Of a stretch of DNA of 64,000 bases, positions 49,847 through 58,687 are shown piece by piece. Origin of the DNA: Nitrospirota bacterium (GTDB taxonomy: Bacteria; Nitrospirota; UBA9217); the NCBI GenBank assembly GCA_963840455.1, contig CAWIYV010000004.1:64001-128000 (forward strand), given 5' to 3'. The position numbers were made by a program, and so were the translations under genes. The first letter of the stretch is position 1, and each line of letters starts with the position of its first letter. The notes beneath the pieces were generated by a model. That model was not told the origin of the DNA. It made no database searches and saw nothing but the letters and a program-made list of their open reading frames with translations.

Positions 49847-49954
49847 TTGAAGCTCCCGCCAGCAACGGCATGGAGCTTCGATCCTCAGGGTAGTAATTTA
49901 TTCTAATCGCTCGCTAACCCCGGTTACGGGGAATGCACTCGCTCCTCGATTCAA
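49847..49954 (+). repeat. Family C copy
   Basis: ttgaagctcccgccagcaacggcatggagcttcgatcc...ctcgctcctcgattcaa. Confidence 0.85.
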
Positions 49955-50042
49955 TTGTTGGGTCTTCTGACTTTCGTGTGGGCATGCAAAGTGTTTTTAA
50001 AGAATAATATGCTGAATTATCAGGCCTCAGACGACCTTCCAG

Positions 50043-50430
50043 CCACCTTTCTTGCTTGCCCGAAGAAAGGTGGAGCCAAAGAAGGGCACCCGGCGACCAT
50101 TCTGATCCGTCATGCTCGGTCGTCCTCAGTACATTTCAGAAACTCGGGCTTCGCCCTCAGACAGTCTGAAATGTTTAACCCTCGGACTCGGCCGCATGAC
50201 GGGAATGATCGCATGGGTGGAGGTCAACGGCTTTACAAGCTTTTACCCAAACCCCGCATGTCCCCGGAGCGGCCCTATGAATTTTCTGGGCACCCGTCTT
50301 GGCCAAAGGCAGCGTCCCGCAGGGCGCTGCGCACTGTCTGAGGCCGAAGGCCGAGTTTGCGCGGGCGAGCGGACGTGGCCTTAGTCGGGTCAGAAAATTC
50401 ATTCAGGACACGAAGGGGATATGCAAAAAA
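50043..50430. repeat. Family AB copy 6 (A-B)
   Basis: ccacctttcttgcttgcccgaagaaaggtgg...ctgtctgaggccgaaggccgagttt...tatgcaaaaaa. Confidence 0.9.
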
Positions 50431-50486
50431 AGTTACATGGGCGAATATTACCCACACAAAACCCGGAAGATCGCAATTTTTTTGAT

Positions 50487-51389
50487 CTAGTCAAGCGCCC
50501 CATGTTCTTTTGCAGTCTTGATCCAGTGTTCGGCCAGTTCGGCAGGATCTGCGCCCACACCACGGCCAAGGTGCAGCGCCAATCCCATCAATAATTCCGA
50601 TGCCTTGCGGAGATCGGTGACATTGTCCAGGGTGCCAAATGATCCTTGAGCTTTCAAAAGGAGGAGATCGTGATGCTGGCGAGAAAAAGCTGTGGAATCC
50701 TGTAAGCCATCCGCGAACACAGGGATCATCAACAGGTCGATCCACTCGGGACCAAGCCGGTCCTGCAATTGTTCTGGCTCTTCTCTGCCCATCTCTCGCC
50801 AGAGACGCAAGGTCTGCCGGTCACCCGATCCGGCCAAGCCACTTTCCAGCAGAAAGGCGAAAGCGCTGTCAGCTAAACGTTGCATCAGTTCGAGATACTC
50901 ATCCTGAGCAACTTCGAAGCGCTTCGCGGCCTGTGCTTCAATGTAGGCGGCAACACTCAATCGAGGCAGATCTAAAACTTCCGGACACCCTTCTATACAG
51001 GGGAAATCACTCCCTTGGTACAGGTAGTAAAGCTCCTCGCCCTGCCTTTGGCGGCCAAGAGGATACAACCGGCAGGCCAATGGGCGCCGCGAATGCACGG
51101 TGCAGCCGAGATCAGGTGCATACTGGCTACATGCCGGCTGCTGTCTCCAGCCGGGTGCACCATCAAAACGCAACTGGATGCCACCAAAATCGCAGTAACG
51201 ATCGCGAAACACCCTCGGTGTCATTCCTTTTGCTTCAGCCATACACGCCAGTTCCCACGGGTTCAACCAGACAGTTTTGCCATGACAGCAGGTGCCTGAA
51301 CGTGAACAGGTAAGCGGCAGAATATCAGTAAGGGTGAGTTTTGTCGTGACCGACATTGCGGGTTTTCCTTTTGTCTTCCCTTTGTTCAA
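50487..51389 (-). CDS. YkgJ family (CxxCxxCC-like) Fe-S/Zn cluster protein
   Basis: CSRSGTCC, C..Y, CTVHSRRPLACRLYP. Confidence 0.85.
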   Translation of the reverse strand: MNKGKTKGKPAMSVTTKLTLTDILPLTCSRSGTCCHGKTVWLNPWELACMAEAKGMTPRVFRDRYCDFGGIQLRFDGAPGWRQQPACSQYAPDLGCTVHSRRPLACRLYPLGRQRQGEELYYLYQGSDFPCIEGCPEVLDLPRLSVAAYIEAQAAKRFEVAQDEYLELMQRLADSAFAFLLESGLAGSGDRQTLRLWREMGREEPEQLQDRLGPEWIDLLMIPVFADGLQDSTAFSRQHHDLLLLKAQGSFGTLDNVTDLRKASELLMGLALHLGRGVGADPAELAEHWIKTAKEHGALD

Positions 51390-51401
51390 TTTCTCTCCTG
51401 C

Positions 51402-51950
51402 TCATCGGACTTCCGGCTGAGGCTGGGTCCTCTGCGGCTTGCGGAAAGCGCGGATGATCATGGGAACGACGAGCATCGCGGCAAGAACGATCCACATCGT
51501 TGTGTCGGGATCGCGGATGTACTGGTTCAGATGCAACGTCGCGACCGCAATGACCGCGTAATACAGCATGTCCCCGGCGATCGCAAAGAGCCAGCCCATG
51601 AGGAAGCCATGTCCCGCTGCCATCGCCGATGCCCGCCCGGTCATCGGGTCCACGCCAAAAGAGATCATAACGAGCGAAATGGGGCCTGCACCGGTGCCGC
51701 TTAAGTGTTGCGCGCTCCTGGCCGCTGCAGCCTTCATCCGTGCGCTGAGGCGGGCGAGGAAGGTCACCTTCCCCGCCACCCATGCGAGCAGTCGAAGGAC
51801 CGGCTCGAACGCGAGCGCGAGCAGAATGTCGGAGATCAGGTAGAGACCCGCGGTCACGGGCCAGACCAGCCCCTTATCACGAGCGAGCAAAACGCCGGCC
51901 GGGATCCCGCCGCCGACAGGGATGAGGAAGAGCATCAATACGGAGAGCAT
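51402..51950 (-). CDS. Hypothetical membrane protein
   Basis: MLSVLMLFLIPVGGGIPAGVLLA..., four or five hydrophobic segments; truncated duplicate at 57427. Confidence 0.75.
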   Translation of the reverse strand: MLSVLMLFLIPVGGGIPAGVLLARDKGLVWPVTAGLYLISDILLALAFEPVLRLLAWVAGKVTFLARLSARMKAAAARSAQHLSGTGAGPISLVMISFGVDPMTGRASAMAAGHGFLMGWLFAIAGDMLYYAVIAVATLHLNQYIRDPDTTMWIVLAAMLVVPMIIRAFRKPQRTQPQPEVR

Positions 51951-52011
51951 GGGGGATACTAACAAAACAGACAGGCAAAGGCAATCGAAGAAAGAGTATC
52001 GGACAAGTAGT

Positions 52012-52115
52012 AGCGTGTGATCGAACAACTACAGATCCACGTCTGACCCCAAACGCTTCATGACTCACTTGGCAGATTAACAAGTCATCAAGTCAAGTCT
52101 GACCCTCGACAGTCC
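52012..52115. repeat. Family E direct repeat, copy 2
   Basis: gcgtgtgatcgaacaactacagatccacgtctgaccccaaacgcttcatga...caagtctgaccctcgacagtcc. Confidence 0.9.
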
Positions 52116-52127
52116 TTATTAGTTCAT

Positions 52128-52568
52128 CTATAGTTCTTTCACTTCCACTCGGGCTTGAGTCCATGTATGCCGGCAATTCTTGCAACTCATATGATCCGTG
52201 TAACCCGTTCTCATGACCGGGACGATTACTTCTTTTTCAATAGTCCTGATGATCTGACCTTTTGCATTTTTCACACGCTCAGTCAGCTTCTTCGTCTTAG
52301 TACCTTTTTCCCGTCCATTCTGTACAGAAGATTCTAGTTTAGCAACGAACCAATAGCTGCATGACGGACAACGCAAAGTCTGCCCCCAATAATAATACCC
52401 TGCTGAAATGAGTGCGCACGCAGCACCGATTAGTTCCGCGATCCGTATTTTTGACCCCGCGTCCCCGGGAGGAAGTCCATGGAAATACCGCCATGCTAAA
52501 TTGACACCGAAAAGCGCCGGAAGAATGATAAAGAGCAGCCAACGCACACCAGGACGCATTTTGTTCAT
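52128..52568 (-). CDS. Two-TM protein with C-terminal Zn ribbon
   Basis: Two TMs, CPSC ... CKNC; ATGA overlap with the upstream gene. Confidence 0.75.
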   Translation of the reverse strand: MNKMRPGVRWLLFIILPALFGVNLAWRYFHGLPPGDAGSKIRIAELIGAACALISAGYYYWGQTLRCPSCSYWFVAKLESSVQNGREKGTKTKKLTERVKNAKGQIIRTIEKEVIVPVMRTGYTDHMSCKNCRHTWTQARVEVKEL

Positions 52569-53302
52569 AGGTCATTTCCTCCATCCAGCGTATTTGCTTT
52601 CTTAATCAAAAACGTCGACGGTTGTATACTAGCCGCCGCTATATCCCACAAAAGAATATGTTTTCGAAACAACTGACTGAATTCATCCTCGAATCTTTCC
52701 AGATATTGAGCCACCTTCTTGAAGGTTATGATCGATTCACCATCAGGACCCGGTTGCAGATAAATAACCTTAATGTCCGTCCTGATATTTTCGATCGAGA
52801 TACACGATATGGCATCTGATACTCGTTTCCGATCCTTTGTATAGAGATAGTCTTCGATCTCCTTTTGGGCGCGCATCGTAATGAATCCAAGGTCCTGTAA
52901 CATCACCATAAGATGGTAATACTTCTTTTTTTGTATTGTCGCTTTAAACACCGGCACCAATTGAAAAAGGATGTCCTGGAATCTCATGTTGGATGCGCTG
53001 ATGAGATAGGCGTCTTGTTTCTCCCTACGAGATCCCAGGTCGGTCTTCAATTCGACAAAATACGCAGTATGTAGGTCCCTGCTAAACAGCACATAATCTA
53101 CATTCACGGTTCTCTGCGATCCGGGATCATCAATGAGTGGAAATTCAGGGATGATGCATTCTGCAAGGGAGGATGCAGGTGCGATATATTCCTCCAGAAG
53201 GCCTTTCAAATAGAGCGAGAAGAAAATATCGGCGCGTCTTTCCAGCTGATATTTGGGAAGATTCCGCCAACGCGTGAGGTTATTGAATATCGTATCGAGC
53301 AT
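52565..53302 (-). CDS. Putative PD-(D/E)XK nuclease-like protein
   Basis: LERRAD, PEFP, VDYVLF..YFVELKT, QDAY pattern. Confidence 0.6.
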   Translation of the reverse strand: MLDTIFNNLTRWRNLPKYQLERRADIFFSLYLKGLLEEYIAPASSLAECIIPEFPLIDDPGSQRTVNVDYVLFSRDLHTAYFVELKTDLGSRREKQDAYLISASNMRFQDILFQLVPVFKATIQKKKYYHLMVMLQDLGFITMRAQKEIEDYLYTKDRKRVSDAISCISIENIRTDIKVIYLQPGPDGESIITFKKVAQYLERFEDEFSQLFRKHILLWDIAAASIQPSTFLIKKANTLDGGNDL

Positions 53303-53359
53303 TCCAGTAGTTCCGCCCTGCATATGTTATCCTTCCAGTCATCGCCTACGTGATTCTTG

Positions 53360-54601
53360 CTATATTTCTAGGATCTGTCCGTCCGGCACTACCCGTACAT
53401 TGTGAAATAGATCGGAATACTCGTGTCCAAATTCTGTATGGATGGGAATAAGCTGTTTCGGTTTCAAAGCCGCTTCGAACACCTGTAGATCTTCAGTTGT
53501 CGCATGGCCGCTCGTATGCGCGTAAATGAAGTTAACATCCTTATCCTGACGGTATGCAGAAAGCTTGTCAGCACCTGCGAGACCGCTCCCTGCGCTATCG
53601 ACATATCCGAGCCATTGCGAATATATAACGTTCACAGGCTTCTTACCCTTAAATCGTTCGATGAGATTCGCCCGCGATGCCTTGATCAGATAAAGATAAT
53701 TCGAAGGATATTCCTTGAGCTCTTCACGCCGAACACGGTACTGATAGACCTTCCTTCGAAAACCTGCGAACACGGAAGGATGTTCTCTCATGACCTTGTC
53801 GTGTGCGTGGTCAGCATAGACACGCAGGTTATCCCACCCGATCGACGGGGTATGGCAGGAAACGCTTTGGACACATTCCAGAACCCAAGTGGTATACAGA
53901 TCCAGTACGAGTGTCTTGCCAGCCCTTTTGCAGGCATTGTACGCTGAAACGATCCGATCAATGTTCTGCGACGATGAGATCAGGAAGGATATGTTCTCCT
54001 GCGACCTGATCGTCATATATATCATGTCCTCGACCGCGCGTTCTGTCGAATACTCGGTATTGTCCCTGCGGATCATCGTGCCTTCCATCAGGAGCACATC
54101 GATGTCTTTCGGCGGCTTCTCTGTTAGTTTATCGAATAGTATCGATTTTCTCCCATGGGAACGGAAATCTCCACTGTAGAAAATCCTCTTGTTCTCGGCC
54201 TCCACCAGGAACGCATAGGCATCAACTGCAGAGTGGTCCATAAGATAAGGCGTAATGCTGAAGTCTCCGATCCGAATAGGCGTCCATTTTTCAAAGAACC
54301 GGAACGGGTTCCCCAGCGGGCCCATGCCGAGGAATATGCGGGTCACATCGATTAGCTGTTTCGCCAAAGCACCGATATAGACTGGTACAGCTTTGTCAAG
54401 AATATCGAGGAGTCCATAATGATCCTGATGAGGGTGACTGATGATCACCGCGTCGGGCTTCAAGGACAGGATATTTGCATTATCGCGCTCATCATTGCTC
54501 AACGGTCGACCCATATCGAGAAGCAGTGTTGTCTCACCGGATGTTAGTTGAATGCAGGTACCTCCGATTTCATGGGCACCCCGATGTATTACAATTCTCA
54601 T
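53360..54601 (-). CDS. MBL-fold beta-CASP (RNase J-like) nuclease
   Basis: EIGGTCI, SHPHQDH, DHS, SGDFR, HTSGHA and PIH motifs. Confidence 0.88.
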   Translation of the reverse strand: MRIVIHRGAHEIGGTCIQLTSGETTLLLDMGRPLSNDERDNANILSLKPDAVIISHPHQDHYGLLDILDKAVPVYIGALAKQLIDVTRIFLGMGPLGNPFRFFEKWTPIRIGDFSITPYLMDHSAVDAYAFLVEAENKRIFYSGDFRSHGRKSILFDKLTEKPPKDIDVLLMEGTMIRRDNTEYSTERAVEDMIYMTIRSQENISFLISSSQNIDRIVSAYNACKRAGKTLVLDLYTTWVLECVQSVSCHTPSIGWDNLRVYADHAHDKVMREHPSVFAGFRRKVYQYRVRREELKEYPSNYLYLIKASRANLIERFKGKKPVNVIYSQWLGYVDSAGSGLAGADKLSAYRQDKDVNFIYAHTSGHATTEDLQVFEAALKPKQLIPIHTEFGHEYSDLFHNVRVVPDGQILEI

Positions 54602-54758
54602 ACTTTTCTCAATTCGGGTGCTGTCTGCGGACAGACTAAATACTGAGAACTACGCTAAGTGAGGATTAGGATGACATGGGAATGCCAAGATACAGAAGTT
54701 TCCTATTGCCATGAGAGTACTATAACTAGGATGAAATGGCAATTGAAGAAACAAATCG

Positions 54759-56168
54759 TGTCAAGCCCAAGCAGAAATGTCGTATTCTTACCAAAGCAGA
54801 AATGTCCTGTTTTAAGAGGTGCTGGACACTGCTGTCTTTTCTTTCTGATCGAGGTTAAGGGGCGCTCTCCACGGATGTGCCCCTGCCGGCTTTCCCCTAT
54901 CCCAAGTCTTGTGCAGCTTCAGCGACTCCCTACGTTCTTTTTCCGGCCGGGCAGTAATCTTCTGAAACCTCAAGCGTTGCCCATTATGCAGAATCCGCAT
55001 TGAACCATCCGTCCGCTCTTCCACCAACACCTTCTTAGCCCGGATATTGTCTTTGATCTGATAGAGCTTCTTGTCATGAGCAATGGTGAAGTCATTGCGC
55101 AATGCCCGCACGGTCCGAATGGACAATATCCGTTCCAACTCCCTGCGATCTGTAAACGGTCGGTGGAGATCCGTGTCCTTCGCCGGAGATACCCGATATC
55201 TCTGATTGTAGCCAGGCAAGTAGGTTTCCAAAAACGCATTCCCCTCGTCTTTACTTCTGATGCCTGCTAGCCGCATTTCTTTTATCACCCGGTCCTGAAA
55301 TGTCCCGAATAACCGCTCCACCCGCCCCTTGGCTTGCGGAGAATAGGCATGGATCACCGTCACGCCGAGTTCCTGAAGGCTTCTTTCGAACTGGCTCATG
55401 AGCTGTCGGCCTTCAAGCTGGTCTTCGATCGTCTGATACTGAACCGGCGCTTTATAGGTCGAATGGCGGTCTAAATACACGCTCTGAGGAATGCCGTACT
55501 GCCTGATATATCCTTTGAAGCTGTCCATGGCTGGAAGCGTACCTTCGTAATCATAGAACCTGGCGTATACTTCACCGGTGGCATCGTCCACGTATCCCAT
55601 CAGTACGCAGACCGGGCCGCGGCCCTCAAACCAGTCGTGGTGGGAACCGTCCAACTGCACCATGGCGCCCCGGCATGCTTTCCGTTCCCGCCACTGCCGG
55701 TGCGGCCGCCTCTTGCGCTGCCGGTACGGCAACCCTGCCTCAAGAAACCAGGTCCGCAGGGTCTCAACGCTTACCTTGATGCAGTTCTTCTCCCGAAGCT
55801 TTTCGCTCGCGAGGGTAGGACCAAACTCATGGTAGCGTTCGCGGCAAAGTTCGATTACCGTGTCTTTGACCGTCTCCGCTATCTGGTTGTTGGGCTTCCT
55901 CCCCCGAGCACAATGGCAAACCCCGGCATCGCCTTCCCTCCTGACACGCCGAATGATCCGCTGCAGCTGTCGAAGGCATAAACCAGCCATATCTGCCGCC
56001 TCTGCTTGGGTTATCCTTTTCTCTACGGCTTTACGAACAAGATGTAACCGCTTTGCTTCCTTCATGCTCATCGTGATAATGCCTCTCCCCATCGTGCCCT
56101 CCCTTGACGGAAGGACAATACGACATTTCTGCCTGGGAGAAATACGACATTATCACTTTGGAAGAACA
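54759..56168 (-). mobile_element. IS1202-family (ISNCY-type) insertion sequence, 1410 bp, 16-bp target duplication
   Basis: TGT...ACA ends, each carrying two AATGTC-core repeats; TTGAAGAAACAAATCG at 54743-54758 and 56169-56184. Confidence 0.88.
54812..56092 (-). CDS. DDE (rve) transposase
   Basis: FGPTLASEKL, VQLDGSHHDWF, VDDATG, YLDRHS, PQAKGRVERLFGTFQDR. Confidence 0.95.
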   Translation of the reverse strand: MGRGIITMSMKEAKRLHLVRKAVEKRITQAEAADMAGLCLRQLQRIIRRVRREGDAGVCHCARGRKPNNQIAETVKDTVIELCRERYHEFGPTLASEKLREKNCIKVSVETLRTWFLEAGLPYRQRKRRPHRQWRERKACRGAMVQLDGSHHDWFEGRGPVCVLMGYVDDATGEVYARFYDYEGTLPAMDSFKGYIRQYGIPQSVYLDRHSTYKAPVQYQTIEDQLEGRQLMSQFERSLQELGVTVIHAYSPQAKGRVERLFGTFQDRVIKEMRLAGIRSKDEGNAFLETYLPGYNQRYRVSPAKDTDLHRPFTDRRELERILSIRTVRALRNDFTIAHDKKLYQIKDNIRAKKVLVEERTDGSMRILHNGQRLRFQKITARPEKERRESLKLHKTWDRGKPAGAHPWRAPLNLDQKEKTAVSSTS

Positions 56169-56262
56169 TTGAAGAAACAAATCGGCCGGAGAGATTTTCT
56201 CTCCGGCCATATAGATTAAGCAATGATAAGAATCTCAATCTTTAAGTCTGATCCCATACGAC

Positions 56263-56443
56263 CTCGGGCGTGCCGGCTTGCTATGTCGCGTTCGTCGTCT
56301 ATCACGAGATGCTGAACGCCGACATAGGGGTTACACTGCGGGGAAAACGAAGGAGCGTGCATCCGAAGGAGTTCAGGAGAAGGGAAAAGCTCTTTCAGGA
56401 GTATGAGAAGGCGATGGCGTGGGAGGGTGGGCAGGCGCAATAA
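56263..56443 (+). pseudogene. 3' fragment of a SprT/M48-like metalloprotease gene
   Basis: GVPACYVAFVVYHEMLNADIG...RRSVHPKEFRRREKLFQEYEKAMAWE*; HEMLN where HExxH is expected; no 5' part. Confidence 0.65.
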
Positions 56444-56495
56444 CTACAGATTCATATTTTACCCAGGCACCCAACAGGAGCTAACAGCCAACATT

Positions 56496-57341
56496 TCATC
56501 TTTTCAGGCCTGACCCGCTACCGTCATTGAAGCTGTCATCCGTGAGATCAAAAATGTCCATGGAAGACATATCAATGGTAATAGTAATATCATCACTCGA
56601 ATCTCCAGTGCATCCTGCGGGAACAATGTAGAATGGATGTGCTGGATTGGTTAGAACAGCATCTATAAGTTGCTCATCTAATCCGATGCGCAACAAATAA
56701 CCCTTTCGATCCTCTTCCCAATGTGCGTTGTCAAACATGAAATCGAGGACCGATGGCTCTTGCTCTAGTATCGGTTCAAGTTTCAGTAGTTCGTCAGATG
56801 AATAATAACTAGCTGGATGTTGGTCGTGCTTCCTATTGTTGCAAGTTGAGCACAAAGCTACCAAATTACCGGGGACTAAGTGCCCGCCCAGAACGACGGG
56901 AATATGATGATCAATTTCTAGCCACATTGAAGATCCACATTTAAAGCATCGATTGTTAAAGAGAGAAAAGAATTTGTTTTTGTAATGACAGGCGATTACC
57001 GGAAATTGATAGTGTCTCCAAAAGTCAGACTTCTCTTTGCTTCTTAGCCGCTTCATTTCTTCCACTGTCATGGTCGTCAGTGCTGCAGCACGCAGCATTT
57101 CACGTGGATTTATGATCTTTTCTTCCCGAACACCAAAGTATGCTGCAACATCACGGGTGATTTCACCGCTCGGCAGCTCAATGACCGAAACAATCCTTTC
57201 AATCTTGAATGCTCGTCTGGCTTGCTGCATGTGACAGAAGGCCATTATGAAATATGGCTTTTCTACGACAACATCAGAGATAAGTCTTTCTGAGGTTTCA
57301 CTACCTCCGCCGTCGCGATATTTAATTATGAGATTACTCAT
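56496..57341 (-). CDS. WYL-like domain + HNH endonuclease
   Basis: N-terminal IKYRDGGG..SERLI..AFCH...RAFKIERI; C-terminal CFKC..IDHHIP..GG..NLVALCSTCNNRK. Confidence 0.75.
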   Translation of the reverse strand: MSNLIIKYRDGGGSETSERLISDVVVEKPYFIMAFCHMQQARRAFKIERIVSVIELPSGEITRDVAAYFGVREEKIINPREMLRAAALTTMTVEEMKRLRSKEKSDFWRHYQFPVIACHYKNKFFSLFNNRCFKCGSSMWLEIDHHIPVVLGGHLVPGNLVALCSTCNNRKHDQHPASYYSSDELLKLEPILEQEPSVLDFMFDNAHWEEDRKGYLLRIGLDEQLIDAVLTNPAHPFYIVPAGCTGDSSDDITITIDMSSMDIFDLTDDSFNDGSGSGLKR

Positions 57342-57426
57342 TAGGCGGTCATAAAGGGCAAGGCGTCATATGCTACAGAGTGTCAACGCATCAATATGGA
57401 TAGCGGACAATAGACAAATCAACAAC

Positions 57427-57675
57427 TCAAGCCTGACCCCAAACCGTCCCTGCAGCCTTCATTCGTGCGCTGAGGCGGGCGAGGAACGGGACCTTCCTCG
57501 TCACCCATGCGAGAAGTCGAAGGACCGGTTCGAACGCGAGCGCGAGCAGGATGTCGGAGATCAGATAGAGACCCGCGGTCACGGGCCATGCCAGCCCCTC
57601 ATCACGAGCGAGCAAAACGCCGGCCGGGATCCCGCCGCCGACAGGGATGAGGAAGAGCATCAATACGGAGAGCAT
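57427..57675 (-). pseudogene. Truncated duplicate of 51402..51950
   Basis: Near-identical to KAA, then runs into the GGGGTCAGGCTTGA motif, which supplies the stop. Confidence 0.85.
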
Positions 57676-57737
57676 GGGGGATACTAACAAAACAGACAGG
57701 CAAAGGCAATCGAAGAAAGAGTTTCGGACAAGTAGTC

Positions 57738-57840
57738 GCGTGTGATCGAACAACTACAGATTCAAGTGCGACCCCAAACGCTTCATGAACCACTTGGCAG
57801 ATCAACAAGTCATCAAGTCAGGTCTGATCCGCGACAGTCC
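57738..57840. repeat. Family E direct repeat, copy 3
   Basis: gcgtgtgatcgaacaactacagattcaagtgcgaccccaaacgcttcatgaaccacttggc...gcgacagtcc. Confidence 0.9.
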
Positions 57841-57863
57841 TCGACAGTCAAAGGTCGTCATAA

Positions 57864-58556
57864 TCAGAAGCCGTGATTACGAAGCCAGTTGGACAAAGAG
57901 CTATTCGGGCTATGTGGTTTTGAATTATACGCTTCGCACAAAGAGGTGTAGAGATTATCGTACCATTGCTTTACCTCTTGATGGTAATTGGGGTCGCGTT
58001 CATCGATAGCGGAGTTTAACCAATTTCTAACTTGGATTTCTTCGGGCCACTCTCCATTGTAGCTTGGCAATCGTCCAAGTTGTCGATAACAAATTTTACA
58101 AATAGCAAACGACTCTTGCCATGCTGCAATATTATCAGTAATATTCCAATCTTTTGAACATTGGCGATATATTTGTTTATATTTTTTATCAAAATCGAGA
58201 TTTGAATCGACAATTGATTGTACATGTCCATCCTTTACTATTGCTAATAGCAGTCCGTTAATCGAATTATGAATCGCTGTTTCAATGTTGTTAGCTTTTT
58301 TGTCACCCTCTACAGCGAGCCAGCCAAACCAACCACCGCGGTACGATTGACTGACTTTTTTTGCTTTACTACTATCTAGAATCATCATCACTTTTCGTCC
58401 ATAGCGTGGCCCCGCAAGTATTTCCAATGATAATACGATACCAGTATTGACTATTGATTCTGCATCAAGACGAACGACATATTTACCATCAGTAAGAATG
58501 TCTGTGTGATTTGAAGACCCCTGCCGTGTTTCGCTCATATGGTCCTCCAAGATCAT
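57864..58556 (-). CDS. Hypothetical protein (AT-rich, no recognised motif)
   Basis: 230-aa ORF filling the space between repeats E3 and E4. Confidence 0.6.
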   Translation of the reverse strand: MILEDHMSETRQGSSNHTDILTDGKYVVRLDAESIVNTGIVLSLEILAGPRYGRKVMMILDSSKAKKVSQSYRGGWFGWLAVEGDKKANNIETAIHNSINGLLLAIVKDGHVQSIVDSNLDFDKKYKQIYRQCSKDWNITDNIAAWQESFAICKICYRQLGRLPSYNGEWPEEIQVRNWLNSAIDERDPNYHQEVKQWYDNLYTSLCEAYNSKPHSPNSSLSNWLRNHGF

Positions 58557-58687
58557 AGATAGAACTAAAACTTATCTCAAAATCGCTTTAGAAGCTCTTA
58601 GCGTAATTTGAGGGGCAAGTCTTGTATTGTGCAATTTTGCTACAAATGCATGAGGAAAGACTTGACCCTAATGAAGGGATAGGTCAT

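Noticed and set aside
54700-54760. dif/Xer site as the IS target
   Set aside because: No XerD-like TTATGTTAAA arm is recognisable next to the insertion.
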